From Raillietiella orientalis (Eukaryota): DNA of 64,000 bases. The translations under genes and the position numbers were made by a program. This document shows positions 50,050-62,693 of the stretch, in pieces; positions within the stretch are counted from its first letter, which is position 1; each line of letters opens with the position of its first letter. The stretch covers positions 1,054,001 to 1,118,000 of the forward strand of contig JAYWIR010000004.1 of assembly GCA_036172245.1 (NCBI GenBank), given 5' to 3'. The notes beneath the pieces were generated by a model. The model searched no databases. It was not told where the DNA came from and was given only the letters and a program-made list of their open reading frames with translations.

Positions 50050-53000
50050 CCAGGATTTCCTCGAGGCGGTCCATGGGGAGTGCGCATGCGTGTGAGCAGA
50101 ACAAAGTTGAAGGTTATTCTTGCCGGTGATGCGTGAGCAGGACAGCCAGACTGGATCCGCTTGGGGGCCCCCGTGGGCAGCTCCACGAAACACTTCTGGG
50201 TGCCCTTGGACGCTCCTTCATAAGTGTGGTCCGGCACCTCCATCAGGCAGAGATGGTTCTTCTTCTCCCGTTCTTGGATGGCACTTCTTGCTTGTCGCGA
50301 GTGGCCTCCGTTTGAAATGCCCTCGCTGTCCCCATCCTGCACTCCATCCGTTCTGTTCCAAGTCCTCCACACGAAGAGAAACCGACGGTCTAATGCGGAA
50401 ACTTCAGAAGATCTCGCTGCTCTCCGTGGGCCCTCGGCATCCTATCGCTGAAAGAGAGGGAGATACAGCTTTTCCAAAAATTGGAGGTAACATTGGCGTT
50501 TTCCAGCGGGAGACATCTCCTGAGGCTCGCTGGTTGCGAGGGACTCGAATCCCCATTGCCTAGCAACCGAGACCAGGCGTGGACCTTCGGATGTCCCCTG
50601 GAGCGGATTACCTTGCCGTGGGAGGAACAACCATGGATCTCCTGGGAGGAGGTCACGCCAGGTACAACGCATGGCGGCAGGGGTCGGTGGGCACCCAAAT
50701 TCGCATAACGCGGACTCTCGCGACCGCTGTCCGATCCACCGTCAGCCAGCACGCCAATTCCTTGGACGAACAGTGGCAGAGCAGCAAGAAGCGAATCCTC
50801 GCAACAGCTCTGCCCTCCTTCTAGAAGAGTAGCAACGATTGCCAACTGGCAGCGTGGGTGATCTCGTGCTCTCTGGTATTTGAGACGATAGTCCGAACCT
50901 GGGGGTCCACAGGCCAGCTGGTCCACGCGGAAGATCCTGCTTCTCGTGCTGGAAGATATATCTGGGCATTCCTCCCTAGGGAGTGGTGATCCCTCCCCTT
51001 CATTCGGACTATCTCCGTGCTCCCCTTCAGATGATCAGCATGAGGTTTCGCTCCTCGTGTGCAGGGGCTTCCCGTGTAGCCGGAGACGGCATCACTGGAC
51101 GAGAGAGAGCACGTTCCTGAACCGCTCCGTTTCTGGAAACTCGGAGCGCGCTTACCCACTTGCTCTTGGACGACAGCGATTTTCGTAGCGTGTGGAAACG
51201 CCTTGCGGAGGTTTGGCTCCATTTCTAAGGAGCTGCTGCGGCTCTGCCTCCCCGATCGCAATCACGTACTGCATCAAGAGGATCATGGCATCCCAGTACA
51301 GGCATGAGACGCGCGTCAGCGAGGACCAAAGGCCATCCACCTCTCCACCACAGTAATCACGGATGCAGCAAAATGGTCCCTCCAGAAGAATGGAGCCAAA
51401 GAGGGCGTCTCCTGCATCGCAGGCCTGTTTCAGAGGTCATAGAGGACTTATCCTCTCTCCCTCCATTTATCTACTTAGTCCCTTCTCAACCCTCCCTGCC
51501 CTTTTCTGTATCCTGCGGGTCAGTTTCTGGTTGATTCCCTTTTCGTGCACTCAAAAGTCTCGCTGGATTAATGCCCTATTTTGTTTCTCTCTTTTTCTCC
51601 TTGGGAAACACAAACACCCGAGTATCAACAGATGGCACTGTGTCAGCGTGCGTTGCTAGGAATACCTCAGTGCAACAGTTGCAACGGATAGTCCTGCCAT
51701 TTCAGAGGAAGCGTGGAGCTACCGATCAAAACTGCAGGGATTTTGACGCATGCCAGGGGATCCGCCCAGCAGAGGGGTCCTTCAAGGTGGGCAGCAGGAG
51801 GAAAAGCGCCAGCAAGTTGACTCCTCTTCCAGTACGCCGGTGCTTTTTTCCTTCACAGATGGCCTCCCTCCCATCTTTGTGGTTGGTTACATTCGTTGTT
51901 CTGCTATAGGGAAGACAGCACAGGTGCAAGTGGGGTGCCTTGCTCCCACCCGTTGTTCCTGGAGCTTTCCAAGGTGTCCTTCAACGATTACCGAGCGTAA
52001 TTGGAGAGCCACAGGCACTCGGATTGCTCTGCGATAGAGCCACACCCCCTCTTAGATTTTCTCCCACATTCCAACTCTTCGTGTTTCCGGGCACTACAGG
52101 TCGCGGGAAGGCAGGAGATTTAAATGTGCTCTCTCGCCAATGCAGCCATTAGCCGAAGCTGATAGCTGCAGCGGGACAAGGTTCGTTGGCCGTGAAGTTC
52201 TCGATCCTTCGGGGTCCGTTGAATTTCAACAGGCCACGAGGCTACTCTCTATGCGTGGAGGCAACCAGAGACTCAATGGTGCGTCGTCCAGTGCTCGGCC
52301 TCTGGAGCTAGTCATCGCACTTTGAGCTGTCGCTCCATCCACTCCAGCGTCAGGAGATCCAAGTTTTCCGTCGAATCGCGAAGCCGGCATGTCATTGAGT
52401 CGAACTACCCTGTGCCCAAAGGATTTCTCTCAGGAGAACTTTGATGCCCTTTTCAATCTCTTTGGAACTAACGATAAGCAGAGGGAAGAAGAGCAGGGCA
52501 CAAATGTGCGCCCATCGTCATGCACTCCGTTGAACATTCCAACAGGCCACATTAAGACGACGAGAGGAAGAGAGCTCCTGTGTTGAAACCGGTGAAGTGA
52601 CGTTCTCTTGGATCGTTCGTCCGGCAAGTGGCGATCCGGCAAGCAGCACAAGTCATCACGCATTCCTTCTCCGGGGCTGCATTCTTCCAATTCCTCATAG
52701 GCAAGAATAATGATTCTCCCCTACTTCCGAAGAAAATCCGACGGTGTTGTCGGCAACCGATTCTATCCTGAGTGCCTTGCGATGGCGCACACCTCTTTTG
52801 GCATGGGTGTTGCGCTCCGTACCCTTTGAGTCGGACTCTTTGAGACTCTCCCATCCATGCTAGACAATCGGACTGCAATCCGGAGTCCGACTGCCTGGAG
52901 GGTGACACGCCTTTGGACTGCCACCAGAAGCTGGAATGCCATCCTGGTGGCTTTGTCTCGGAGCTAAGTAGCCATAATCCCCTGTTGCCGTCCTCGAAAA

Positions 53001-54430
53001 CTCAATTTTTGTGCTTCAACAGTGAGACACCGTTGTTGCCTGTGGAGCGACTGCACACTCTTGCAGAATAACAGGGATCTCTGCGCGCACCTTCCATCTT
53101 GGAAGATCTTTCGTGTTCTCACCCTTCTTTGGGTCAAAGGAAGCCGCCGAAAACTCTCGTTCCATTTCCCCTTCATCTCCGTCTGGTCATCGTCCGCCTC
53201 GCCGGAAGCTTGCGTCGGGATCAGCGTAACTGGAATTCCACTCGCCGCCGCCAGCGGCCTTTCAGACAAGCGGTTTCTCTGCTACAGTTTTTGAGGAGCA
53301 CGCAGACCACCAACAGGTGCGGAAGGGACTCCATCGTCACTCAATTGAAACGAGATGTCGGTGCTGGTCACGATAGAAAGTCCTAGCTCAAAATTGGCAC
53401 CCCTCGTGCATCCACTTCAAAGCTGCAAGGAAGCATCCAATCACGGGTGAGGGACCACAAGCTTCTTCGAGAGCGCCTACGCCCAAGAGTTCTTCCCAAT
53501 GAAGGAACGTGGAGAGGCAACATCCAGCGACTCGTTAGTCGAGCAAGCACTTTTGTCGCTCCCGCAGGGCGCAGCAGAACTCCTACCTCTCCGCTTGGCA
53601 ACTCTCGTTGCTTGCTCTTCGGGAACACAGCGGCAAGCGGTGTTACTCCTACTCGGGACCGCTTCGGCCATTCCTGCAACATTTTTCCCGAAAGCATGTT
53701 CCTGACGTGGCCCAGGGGCCCAAGTTCCTCCGAGAACCCTTTCAGGATGTCAACTAGGTACCACTGCCCCCTGTCCGTTACGCATTTCAGTTCATCGAGC
53801 GGAAGGAGACTCGTCGGTGATCTTTCAGAGGTGATGCCAGCTGCCTCAGCGGACAGCCAAATCTCCACATCCTGCATCGGTAGCACGGCAGCGCCTAGAC
53901 AGCTTCCTTGCAGCCGGCGCAACGCTGCAGGATGAGGCGTGGAGGCTCACGCCAGAGGGTAGTCTCCTCCACAATCTGGTGCAAAGTATGAATCCTTGGA
54001 ACTGCACTCACTTTTCGATAGTCTCCAGCGTCAGATGTCAGAAGACCGATGTGGCGCCACCACCTCTGAGGCGGATCTTGGGCCTCTCGGTTCACCGCAG
54101 GGCTTTTCTCTGCAGAAGATGAGCGTGGTTCTTCGCCGTAGGAGGGCTCAGCACCAATGGAAGACAGGAGTCGAAGAAAGGGGAAACAAGGCTGCTCCAG
54201 GTGGCACCCTTTCCATCGAGCGGAATCTGCGAGCAAGGCACCAAGAGCCATCTTCGCATTGGGAAGGAACGCGGACATCGCTCGCCCACTGGCACGCAAA
54301 GGTAGTCTTAGGCGGATCCAGTACGACTGCCCTGCCACTCTCAGGGTGCTCCGGCTGGAACGACGACGGACTTCGGCTTCTTCACGCACGTGTGCGCTTC
54401 CCAACGTATCATTCCTCCAGAGAAGCCGTT
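50050..54430 (-). mobile_element. decayed LINE with RT remnants
   Basis: MDGL...YWDAM (about 51340-51280) resembles PGxDGxxxEFYxxFW. LLF*KE...RF...W...ARVRV (about 50830-50710) resembles the D..KAFD...ARVRVNG region. Upstream part is uninterpretable. Confidence 0.4.
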
Positions 54431-56450
54431 AACGTGGACATCGGCAGCAGGAGAGCAGATCGTCCTCGTAGGCCGCCATGGCCGGTGTGTGCCGGAAGGA
54501 CGTTGGCAGGCTGGCTGGTGTTTCCCTGTACCCGCTCTGTATCAACCCGAAAGATGCTGAACAAGATGGGTCTTGCCTCACTTCCCGTCGCGCTGGCGCT
54601 TCGTGCACGCGGCGACAGCTGAGGTCAACGTTTCTTAGTGCATCGTGCCAATGGACAGCGATCGCCACAGCACCTCCTCCAGCTAACGAGTCCTGTTCCC
54701 CTAGCCGTTCCCACGCGCCTTCGCTGCAACCCTCGGCTTCAGCGTGGCCCAGGTCGGCTGAAGGAGAGCGCTGGACCGTTCGCCCCTGTTCGGCACCGAT
54801 CCAGTCCGCTCCGCGCGACCGAGGGAGTCTCCGCTCGTTCCGGGTATCAGTCTGTTCTCTGGGACGAGTGTTCCCACATTCCGATCACCGTCGATTCCGA
54901 TGACAACGTTCAGCACGTGCTGCTCCTCCCGCCACTGTCAGCCACCTGCTAGGCGAAACACCGATCACCCCGTAAGGGCGGTGGGCAATCGCTTTGACGC
55001 CGGTCGCGTGCACAGTGCCAGCCTCTGGAAGTTCGGCCACTGCGGCGCCTTTTCGCACACAAATCCCGTCACCACGATCACCATCGACCCATCCCTTGCT
55101 CCCGGACCTGTCTAGAGGCTGCAACAGAGGGGTGGTCGGCGCGTCGCGTTCCTGCAGAGACGACCGCAGCCGCCCGGACAGCGCCTATCTCGATGTGCAC
55201 GGAGACCTCCATTCCGGAAGCACTGGCTGGGTAAAAAAGAAACCACCGTGGGTTCGAGGGAAACTCGGTGCACCTGCCCGGGGTCGCGTCATCCGTTCAG
55301 TGGACCACGCTCCCGCGTCCAGCACGCGCGCCTGAGAAAGCGACTGCGCACCCAGCCACGAGATCCGTGACGCGACCGCATCCGAATCCGCCTGCTACGA
55401 GACGACCATCGGCACAGAGGCAGTGGCCGACACAACAGCAACCAGGGAGTCGCACGCGGATGGGCGGAACATTCGGGAAGTGACCGGCTGCGTCCTACGG
55501 CCAAACAAGGCCGAGCGGGGTCTCCGCCTCTGGGGAAAGACGGAGCCGCTTCGCAACTCCCTCCGTGGCACTGCCATCGCAGCTACCTCCATGGTCACGT
55601 CCACCGCGCCCAGCGCTGCTTGCCTCGAAGCAACGACGTGGCGTCTGCTGTCCCCCTTGGCAACCGAGGTGCGAGGAGGCAGTCGGAAGGCGCGCTTTCT
55701 CCTCCGGGAGCTGCCAGTCGTGCCACTCTGAGTACAAGCCACGCTGGACTGCAGTGCGTTCAGCAGCGACGCAGACTCAGCACAGGAGGTCGCCTACGGG
55801 GAAGCAAACAACGAACTCCGCTGCAGCACACGCCCAGGAGACTGGGCAGCTTCTCCCAAGACAACTGGTGGCCCCTCCGAGCACACCCTCAGAACCAGCC
55901 GACCACGGCGTACGCAAGCGCCAGCCGACGAGAACTGGCACGCCCGACGCCCAGATCGCAGCAGCCTCCGAAGAGCGCGCTTACCAACAACATGCAAATG
56001 ATCCTTCCTGCTCATGTCAAGGGCCATAAAGCACAAGACTTTTGACGTCAATGCAGGCTGGTCACGGGATCAGACCGTGATGAGAACTTCCATGGGAACC
56101 CCGCATTGCTACAAAATACTTTTCCGAGGAGCACTGAGAACGGTATCGTCGGAAGACATTCCCTGCTGACACCGCGAGATTCCGTTTCGGGGTCCCTACT
56201 TTCCGCAGTCCTTACAAAGACTCCTGTGGATCCCCGTGGCAGCATTGCGCATCCACGTTCTCGTCCGAAACGGAAAAAGCGCCGGCTGCCCTCAGCAGAC
56301 GAGTAGGGAGACGGCGCTCTCACGGACGCGCTCTTCCGGCCGCACGCAAACCTCCCCGCGCTTTGCAGAGGACTCTTGAGACGATCTGCGACGGTGCTGC
56401 GACTGCTAATTACCCATTCAATGCCGAGTGCGAGTCGCAACACACGACGC
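54430..56450 (-). mobile_element. internally deleted copy of the 25-28 kb Tx1-like family
   Basis: HWHDALRNVDLSCRRVHEAPARREVRQD...AAYEDDLL (54660-54450) is homologous to WQYALLNFNFSGCRVYSAAVRRGIR*GD...AAYADDLL. GDRNV resembles GDFNV. 55482-56123 matches 29121-29752. Right boundary uncertain. Confidence 0.7.
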
Positions 56451-57929
56451 TGCTAACGATACAGAAATTCATGAGTGCCCTCAGAGCACGTAATTGACTT
56501 TGGGATCCGCTCTGCGGGTCAGGTGTGCAGCACGCGTTAAAGGAGCGCGCGGCTTGAAACAAGACCGTGCTGCCTTCGGTGCCAACGAGAAGGAACGATG
56601 GGACTATCGCATGTTCTCTGGCTGGTGAGTGCTCCTTCCTGTCCCCCAGGGTGGCGGAGGACCCCGCTCTGCACGCAAAGATCGCAGTTCCTCACAGACA
56701 GAAGAGGGAAGGTGCGGCTGCAGGGGAATCTTTTTGTCTTGCAGATCACCGCCTTGCTGCCCGCCCAGCACATGCATGCGGCAGCTCTTGCCCGGACGGC
56801 GACGGGGGGATGGAAAAGCCGTTTCGAGGTGAGCATGCCTGCGCGACCTCCTCACCACGTTTCGCCCCCAAGCGGAATGCCGCTTCCCCTTCAATCAAAA
56901 AAAATTCTCCTCCCATGGGCAACTCCGAACTTCGTTTTCCCGCACCTCACTCGGACGAACTCCTCGCCCTCCCGTGGCCACTCGCAAGGAGGACGAGTTC
57001 CCGACGCGAACGAAGGATGTACTCCTCTTGGTCTTCCTTTCGGTTGGGAAAACGGCGGATGCGCGCCTCAGAGACCGCCCCGCAACGCCTCACCATGTCC
57101 AGTGCCAAGCAGGCCCATGGAGACCGGCACGAGAAAGTCTGGAGGGCCCCTCGTTCCGCGGATCACAAGTCCTCACGTTGCCCCCTCCGTATGGGGGCTT
57201 TGAGCAAAAATTCCTACGAGCGGCCCTCAACAGCCTTCCTATGGTGCCCTCCTCTCCCCCCGCTCACCCCACACCAGGATTCCGTTTGTTCGATCGCAAC
57301 AGCGGCAATGGAAAGCAGCAGCGAAGAGCTTCCTGCCTCCGATGCCGCGCTTCCGCTTTCCCCGTCTTCCTCAGACCGGCGACTTCCTCGCTGCAGCGCT
57401 CATCCCCGAGCATTGCAACCGGCTCACCGATCAGTCCTCCCCCTTTCCAGAAGCCATTGCGCAGCGCAAGCGTAGGTGGACTTTGCGAGTCTTTGCGCTA
57501 AAGACGCCGGGCGCTGACCACGGATCTGCACCGCGAGGAACAGCAACCTTCGAGCGCTCCCGACGCCGCAAGTGTCCAACGGACTGAGAAGTCTCCGTGA
57601 GGAATCCTCATCACGTTTTCTACAAGGCAACTCGTCTGCCAAGACCCGTACTCACGTGTGATACGGTTGCACGTGCCATGTGAGCGCACCTCCGTGAGCG
57701 CACCCCAGCGTTACTTGCTAGGGACGCAATCCAATCTGTCTCGTGGAACGCGCCTTTTCCGTAACCCTTCGATTGTCCCCGCACCCGATGCTGAGCTCCG
57801 AAACTGTGAGCGGGACGAAGCCGAAGGATGACGCGATGCACTCGACGACATCCTTCTGCGACCGTCTCCGTGTCCATGATCTTCAGCTTCCGTCGCGACG
57901 CACTCTCAGAGCGCCCGTTTCCTTTTCAG

Positions 57930-60900
57930 GGAATTGGAAAGAATCCACCGCACACTCCTTTCGGAGATGTTCTTCACGAGGGAGACATTGTGCTCACAGA
58001 AGAGCAGCAGTGGTCCTTGATGGAGAGAGCCTGCTTATCAAAAACGCATCTTTGGCCGAAGACTGGACTGTGGGTAGAGGTTCCCTTTGCACTTCATCAT
58101 TCGGGTATGTACCTTTTGTGTACCTAGTTTTGCTCTTCCCCTTCTTCCTCTCTTGCGTCGTGCTGACTCGCAGATTCAGCAGCTTGCAACCCGTCACTTG
58201 GCTTTGGTGAGAGATTCCCAGACCTGGTGCTATACGACTGTACGCTTCGACACGCTTTCCCGGTGAAAGTGTCTTCTCATCTCAGTCATTTTTTGCTTCT
58301 GCTCGCTTCCTCGGAGTCAAGGTGATGCTCATTCTGGAGCGCGAACCTTTAATCTCCGATCTGCCAGAGCAAATAGTGTTCCTTACTCTGCCACATGATT
58401 GTAATCTTAGCTTCCGGAGATCTCAGATGTTCGTTGCTGCTGGCGGTTGAAAACTTTGACCTCTGGACTTGCATCCGATTCTTCCAAGTACCTGAACACG
58501 ATCCTCGTCACAAGATACTGATTGGGAGCTGGGATGGCTGCTGGTCCCGTGTCGGAAAGCATCCGTCAAAGTCAAATTCCCAAAAATTATCCCTACAAGC
58601 TGGTTGCGAACGGGTAAGCGCATTCTATACGAAAATTTGGTCGTTTCGATATTTAGAAAATGGGCACTCACAAAATGCATCGCATTGCATCACCTACCTC
58701 TCTGACTTCTTGTCTTCAGCTCATTCTCTGATTTCGAGGTTCCCAAATTGACCGCAGTGACCCATCTAATGCTTTGAACGGAAAATTTGTGTCCTCCAGC
58801 GTGCCATTGCTTTTCTGGATTTCTGCTCCTCCTCCTTGCTTCCACTATCTTAGCACTCCACCATCTTCGGACCACAGGACCCACGAATCCGAGTACGATC
58901 ATTCTTGCGTAGCGATCACCCTATTGTCGGCAAGGAGCGAATTCCATCCCCTATACTTCTATCTCGGACATTCGTGAGGGTTACTCATGATTATTACCCC
59001 ATTTGGCCACGCAGTGCTCTGGCATCGGCTCCTCGTCTTTTCCTGAGATTGCCCGGCTGGACTCTTGTGACTTTAATGTCAATCTTAGGATTAAGCACGG
59101 TTTACAACGAGGAATCCGGTGATCCACCTCCATTCCCTTTAACTCGATTTTTGTTCTCGCTCCCCTCCTCCCATTCGCTCCGTAGTGCTTTTGGTGCTTT
59201 CACTCTTTGTTTTTCCCGGTGACTGCGGAGAGTCACCAAAGTTCCCTCGCCCATTCCTCCCATTTCGACCTTTCTTTTTTGTTTTTAGTCCCCTCCTCCC
59301 CCATTTGTTTAGGTCCTTCCGTTTTCCTGGTCTCCGTGCCAGTGGTATATCTCCGTTGCTGGTTTTTTGTAGTCATTGGCTGGAAACAACTGTTTCCAGC
59401 TAGTTTATGTTAATAAACGTTTCTTACCCGGCGTGACCTGGTAAGAAACTTTAATGTCAAGAAATGCTCCTCTTGATCTCGGCGCCGTTTGTTTCTCTCT
59501 AATCATTGTACTATTCTTGGTGCATCTGTTGAAGGTGCTAACCGAGCATTCTTTCTATCTTCTGCGAAGCGTCCTGTGCGAAGACAGTCCCCCAGTCACA
59601 TCACTCCATCTCCAATTTTCCTTTAGGAAAGCGCTCCAGTGCACGAATTAGCTCATGCCATTGGATCTCAGCACGAGCACTCGAGGCCGGACAGAGACAA
59701 ATACGTGAAAATTTTGAACGAAAACGTCAACATTTCGGTGGCTGCCAATTTTGAGATTGAAGACTGTGAAACCGAAAACGTCCCCTATGACTACTACAGC
59801 ATCATGCACTACGCAACGCAAGTAAGTTTTGGTTTCCCCATTACCATGGCTGGTGTGCGGAAGAACAGGTGAGGAATGACATCTTCTTTTTTGAATTTCC
59901 ACTTACCCTTGTCGAGTCAAACATTCCTTTGCTACTCAGCTGCGTTCTTCGTGGATGCATTCCGTTCTCTCTGTCTTCCTTTGAACTCGCGACACTCTCT
60001 CAATCCAAGTGTGAAACAGAGACTGTTTCTCCTGGAACACTTTGGAGATGACAGCATGCAGCATGTTTCCCTTATCCTCAATCCTTTCTTTTTCGTTTAC
60101 ACATCTGTCGCAGAACCTTCATCGCCATCGATTGATCAGAGCAGACGCTGAAATGCAGTTCTGTTGAAGAGAATCCTCCCTAACGACACGAAAGACCTGC
60201 GTTATAAAATACTCCTGCGACCTCTCCTTCTGCACGATTGCCTCTGCACGAAACTTCACGGCATTCTTTGCCGCACTCCTTGCAAACTGTGCCATTATCG
60301 GCCTTCATTGCAAGACGATGGAGAAAATCGTTGTCTTTCATTGATGGCTCGAAAGCACACGGAATCACCTACACAAATACGATTCACGAAAAGGAATGAC
60401 CACATCCAACCTCAAGTGCATCCCACTCCATCAACATTTACTAGCAGAATACGACTCCCATGCAGTAGAGATGATGGCCACCATGCAGCCTTCCTAAATT
60501 GAATATACAATTCGCAAGACAAAAGTCAGCTATTTCATGCATCATTTTTTTTTCACATCAGAAAATTTCCTCTCTAGCCGTTCTTTGCGATCCCCGTCCC
60601 TTCATTCTTGCAGCAGGTCTGCGATGCTTTTGTCAGGTTTGACAAGAAATTACAGACTTCAAACGAAATTCCGCCAAAACAATGCATCCTCGCAGACTCA
60701 TTCACGTTTCCACCTCATTTTATTTTTCGTTACGTATTCTAATTTACGTTTTTCAGACAGGGAGCAGCAACGGAAGACCCACCATAGCAAGTCTAAATGT
60801 GAATATGCAAACTTTCGTTGGTGCGAACACTCAAGGATTGACCTTCAACGATGCACTCGTTATAAACAAGAAATACGGATGCATCAGTGAGTTTTTCTCC

Positions 60901-62693
60901 TCTCTGCATGCAGGACGCCCTTGCGTCTTCCACGCTGTCTCGTCTCGGTTGCGACACCAAAGTCCCGCCATTTGCGCACTCTTCCCTATGATGCGGCGAT
61001 GCAGCAGACCTCGCATGCGAGTTCCGCAACGTAACGCTTGACTAAAAACGGAAACTACGACTGAAAACCAAGCATCCAGAAGTCCTCGATTTTGAAGCAC
61101 CTCTTGCATACGACTGCCTTTTAGTAACCAGGAGCAGAGTTTCTGGATCATCGCTGAAATCTTTTCGCAAGTCACGACTTCGAGGCTCTGCTGCACGGAG
61201 AGAGGAGAGGACTATTTCAGCGAACCGACCGGCTCTTCGCACTAGGAAAGATGATGAAACCGAGACAGGATTCAGCTTCCAGTGCAGGCGGGACGACATG
61301 GCACGAAACTCCGAATCTGCAAGGTTGCCTACCCAAAGACCACCTGGCACTCACGACACGGTGGTGGACTCCTGCTCCGAACTTCACCAGTGCAGTTCGA
61401 CGGATGTTTTCCAAATGGTTCAGCCTCTCGTGCAAAGCGAACCAGCCCTCCACTTCACTCCTTGCGATGGGAGCTGGAAGCAAGCACTTTCTAACCGACC
61501 TTGCTATCCTTCATCTCCTTGCTCATTTTTACTCTGTGCCAAGCAAATTTCAACCAACTCTGCTTCGAGGCGGACCTCGCACGGATCTTGGACGCGGTGG
61601 CAGGAGGGATCCACTTCACCATTGAGGAAGATTCAAAGCCGCACAGTTGCCATGAGAGGCGCTTCGATGCAACAAGGAGAGTGCTCCAAGTTCAGGGTAG
61701 AAAGTGCCTTCCTTTCCACCATATTACAAGGAGAGCTTACGGTAACACCCACGGAACAAAGTGATCTTCGCTTCCAACAACCACTTGCACGAAAAGTGGT
61801 CAACGGGAACGTCTCAGATTGAATCACACGGAAGAAAACTCGATGAACCAGAGTTTGTTTCTCACCTCTAGCCATGCGTCTTTCGCCCAGCAACTTCGAG
61901 TCAGCACGCAAGATCTTAGCTATCGACCCTTTTCCTCCGCAAACCCCCAAATTCGTAACGAGAGACTAAAAAGCTCCGAATCTGTGCAGGATCTGCTCTT
62001 TGGTTCTGCAGCAGAGAGTCGAGCTATGCTTTATCTTTGTCCGCAGCAACTTTACACGTAGGTGGAAGGTCACACCTGAGGAGCATCTTCTCTCCCTCCA
62101 CATAGCGTACTGCGCACCGAACACATCCCTGTTTGAGTTCCATGAATTTGCGAAATGTCGGAAGATGTCTCCGCTTATGCGTCACGCACAACCGATGGAC
62201 GCTGCTTCAGCAGCACCAGGAAGCGTCTCAGTGACGATAAGACATCCGCCCTCAGCAACCGTGTGTCACCTGCACTCGGATCGCCGCATCCGAAGCTTCC
62301 GTCCCCACGCATCCCTTGACTAAGAGTGCGCTCTCCGGTTGGAACGAAAGAACAGCCACGTGTCGCATTTGTCCAGAAAGACCTTTGCGGGCGTTCCGCG
62401 CTGGCGTTTTGCATCGACAAGCGCTTTCTTTCGCTCTCATGACAGTGTGTCCAGTTACTCTCTGGCCGCCTGTCACCTTGAAAAAGTCTCCAGAATTGAC
62501 AGAAAGCGCGTGATGAATAGGTTGTCGGGGCTTTCTTCCTGCAACACGGGACGTTTTTCAGGAGACTGGATGAGCGCATGCAACTTGACCTCCAACCCTT
62601 GCTTCAACGACGGTTTCATCAATCAGTACTGTCAGTGCACCTGTAAACCCACATATGGAGGAAGAGTATGCAAGGAACCCATTCAGCCCATCG
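57930..62693 (+). CDS. astacin-family zinc metalloprotease with EGF-like domain (astacin-EGF-CUB architecture inferred); partial at both ends
   Basis: Exons 57930-58104, 58411-58613, 59627-59821, 60757-60886, 62562-62693, all phase-consistent. Prodomain EGDIVL, WTCIRF, GCWSRVG, zinc motif HELAHAIGSQHEHSRPDRD, Met-turn YDYYSIMHY, INKKYGC, EGF CFNDGFINQYCQCTCKPTYGGRVC. Signal-peptide exon not identified; CUB exons expected beyond 64000. Confidence 0.92.
59083..59447 (+). mobile_element. 5'-truncated LINE 3'UTR insertion in an astacin intron, with a 13-bp target-site duplication
   Basis: ACTTTAATGTCAA at 59070-59082 and 59448-59460. The internal pyrimidine tract, hairpins and AATAAACG...CCCGGCGTGAC match the 3'UTR at 28540-28707. 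Confidence 0.8.

Noticed and set aside
49300..56450. DIRS/Ngaro tyrosine-recombinase element suggested by recurring terminal motifs
   Set aside because: No recombinase or RNase H motifs and no long split repeats; recognisable motifs are APE/RT of LINE type.
48117..57475. Long ORFs at 48117-49076 (319 aa), 53996-54622 (208 aa) and 56567-57475 (302 aa)
   Set aside because: GC-rich, Arg/Ser/Pro-biased, no domains, mostly antisense to LINE remnants; expected by chance.
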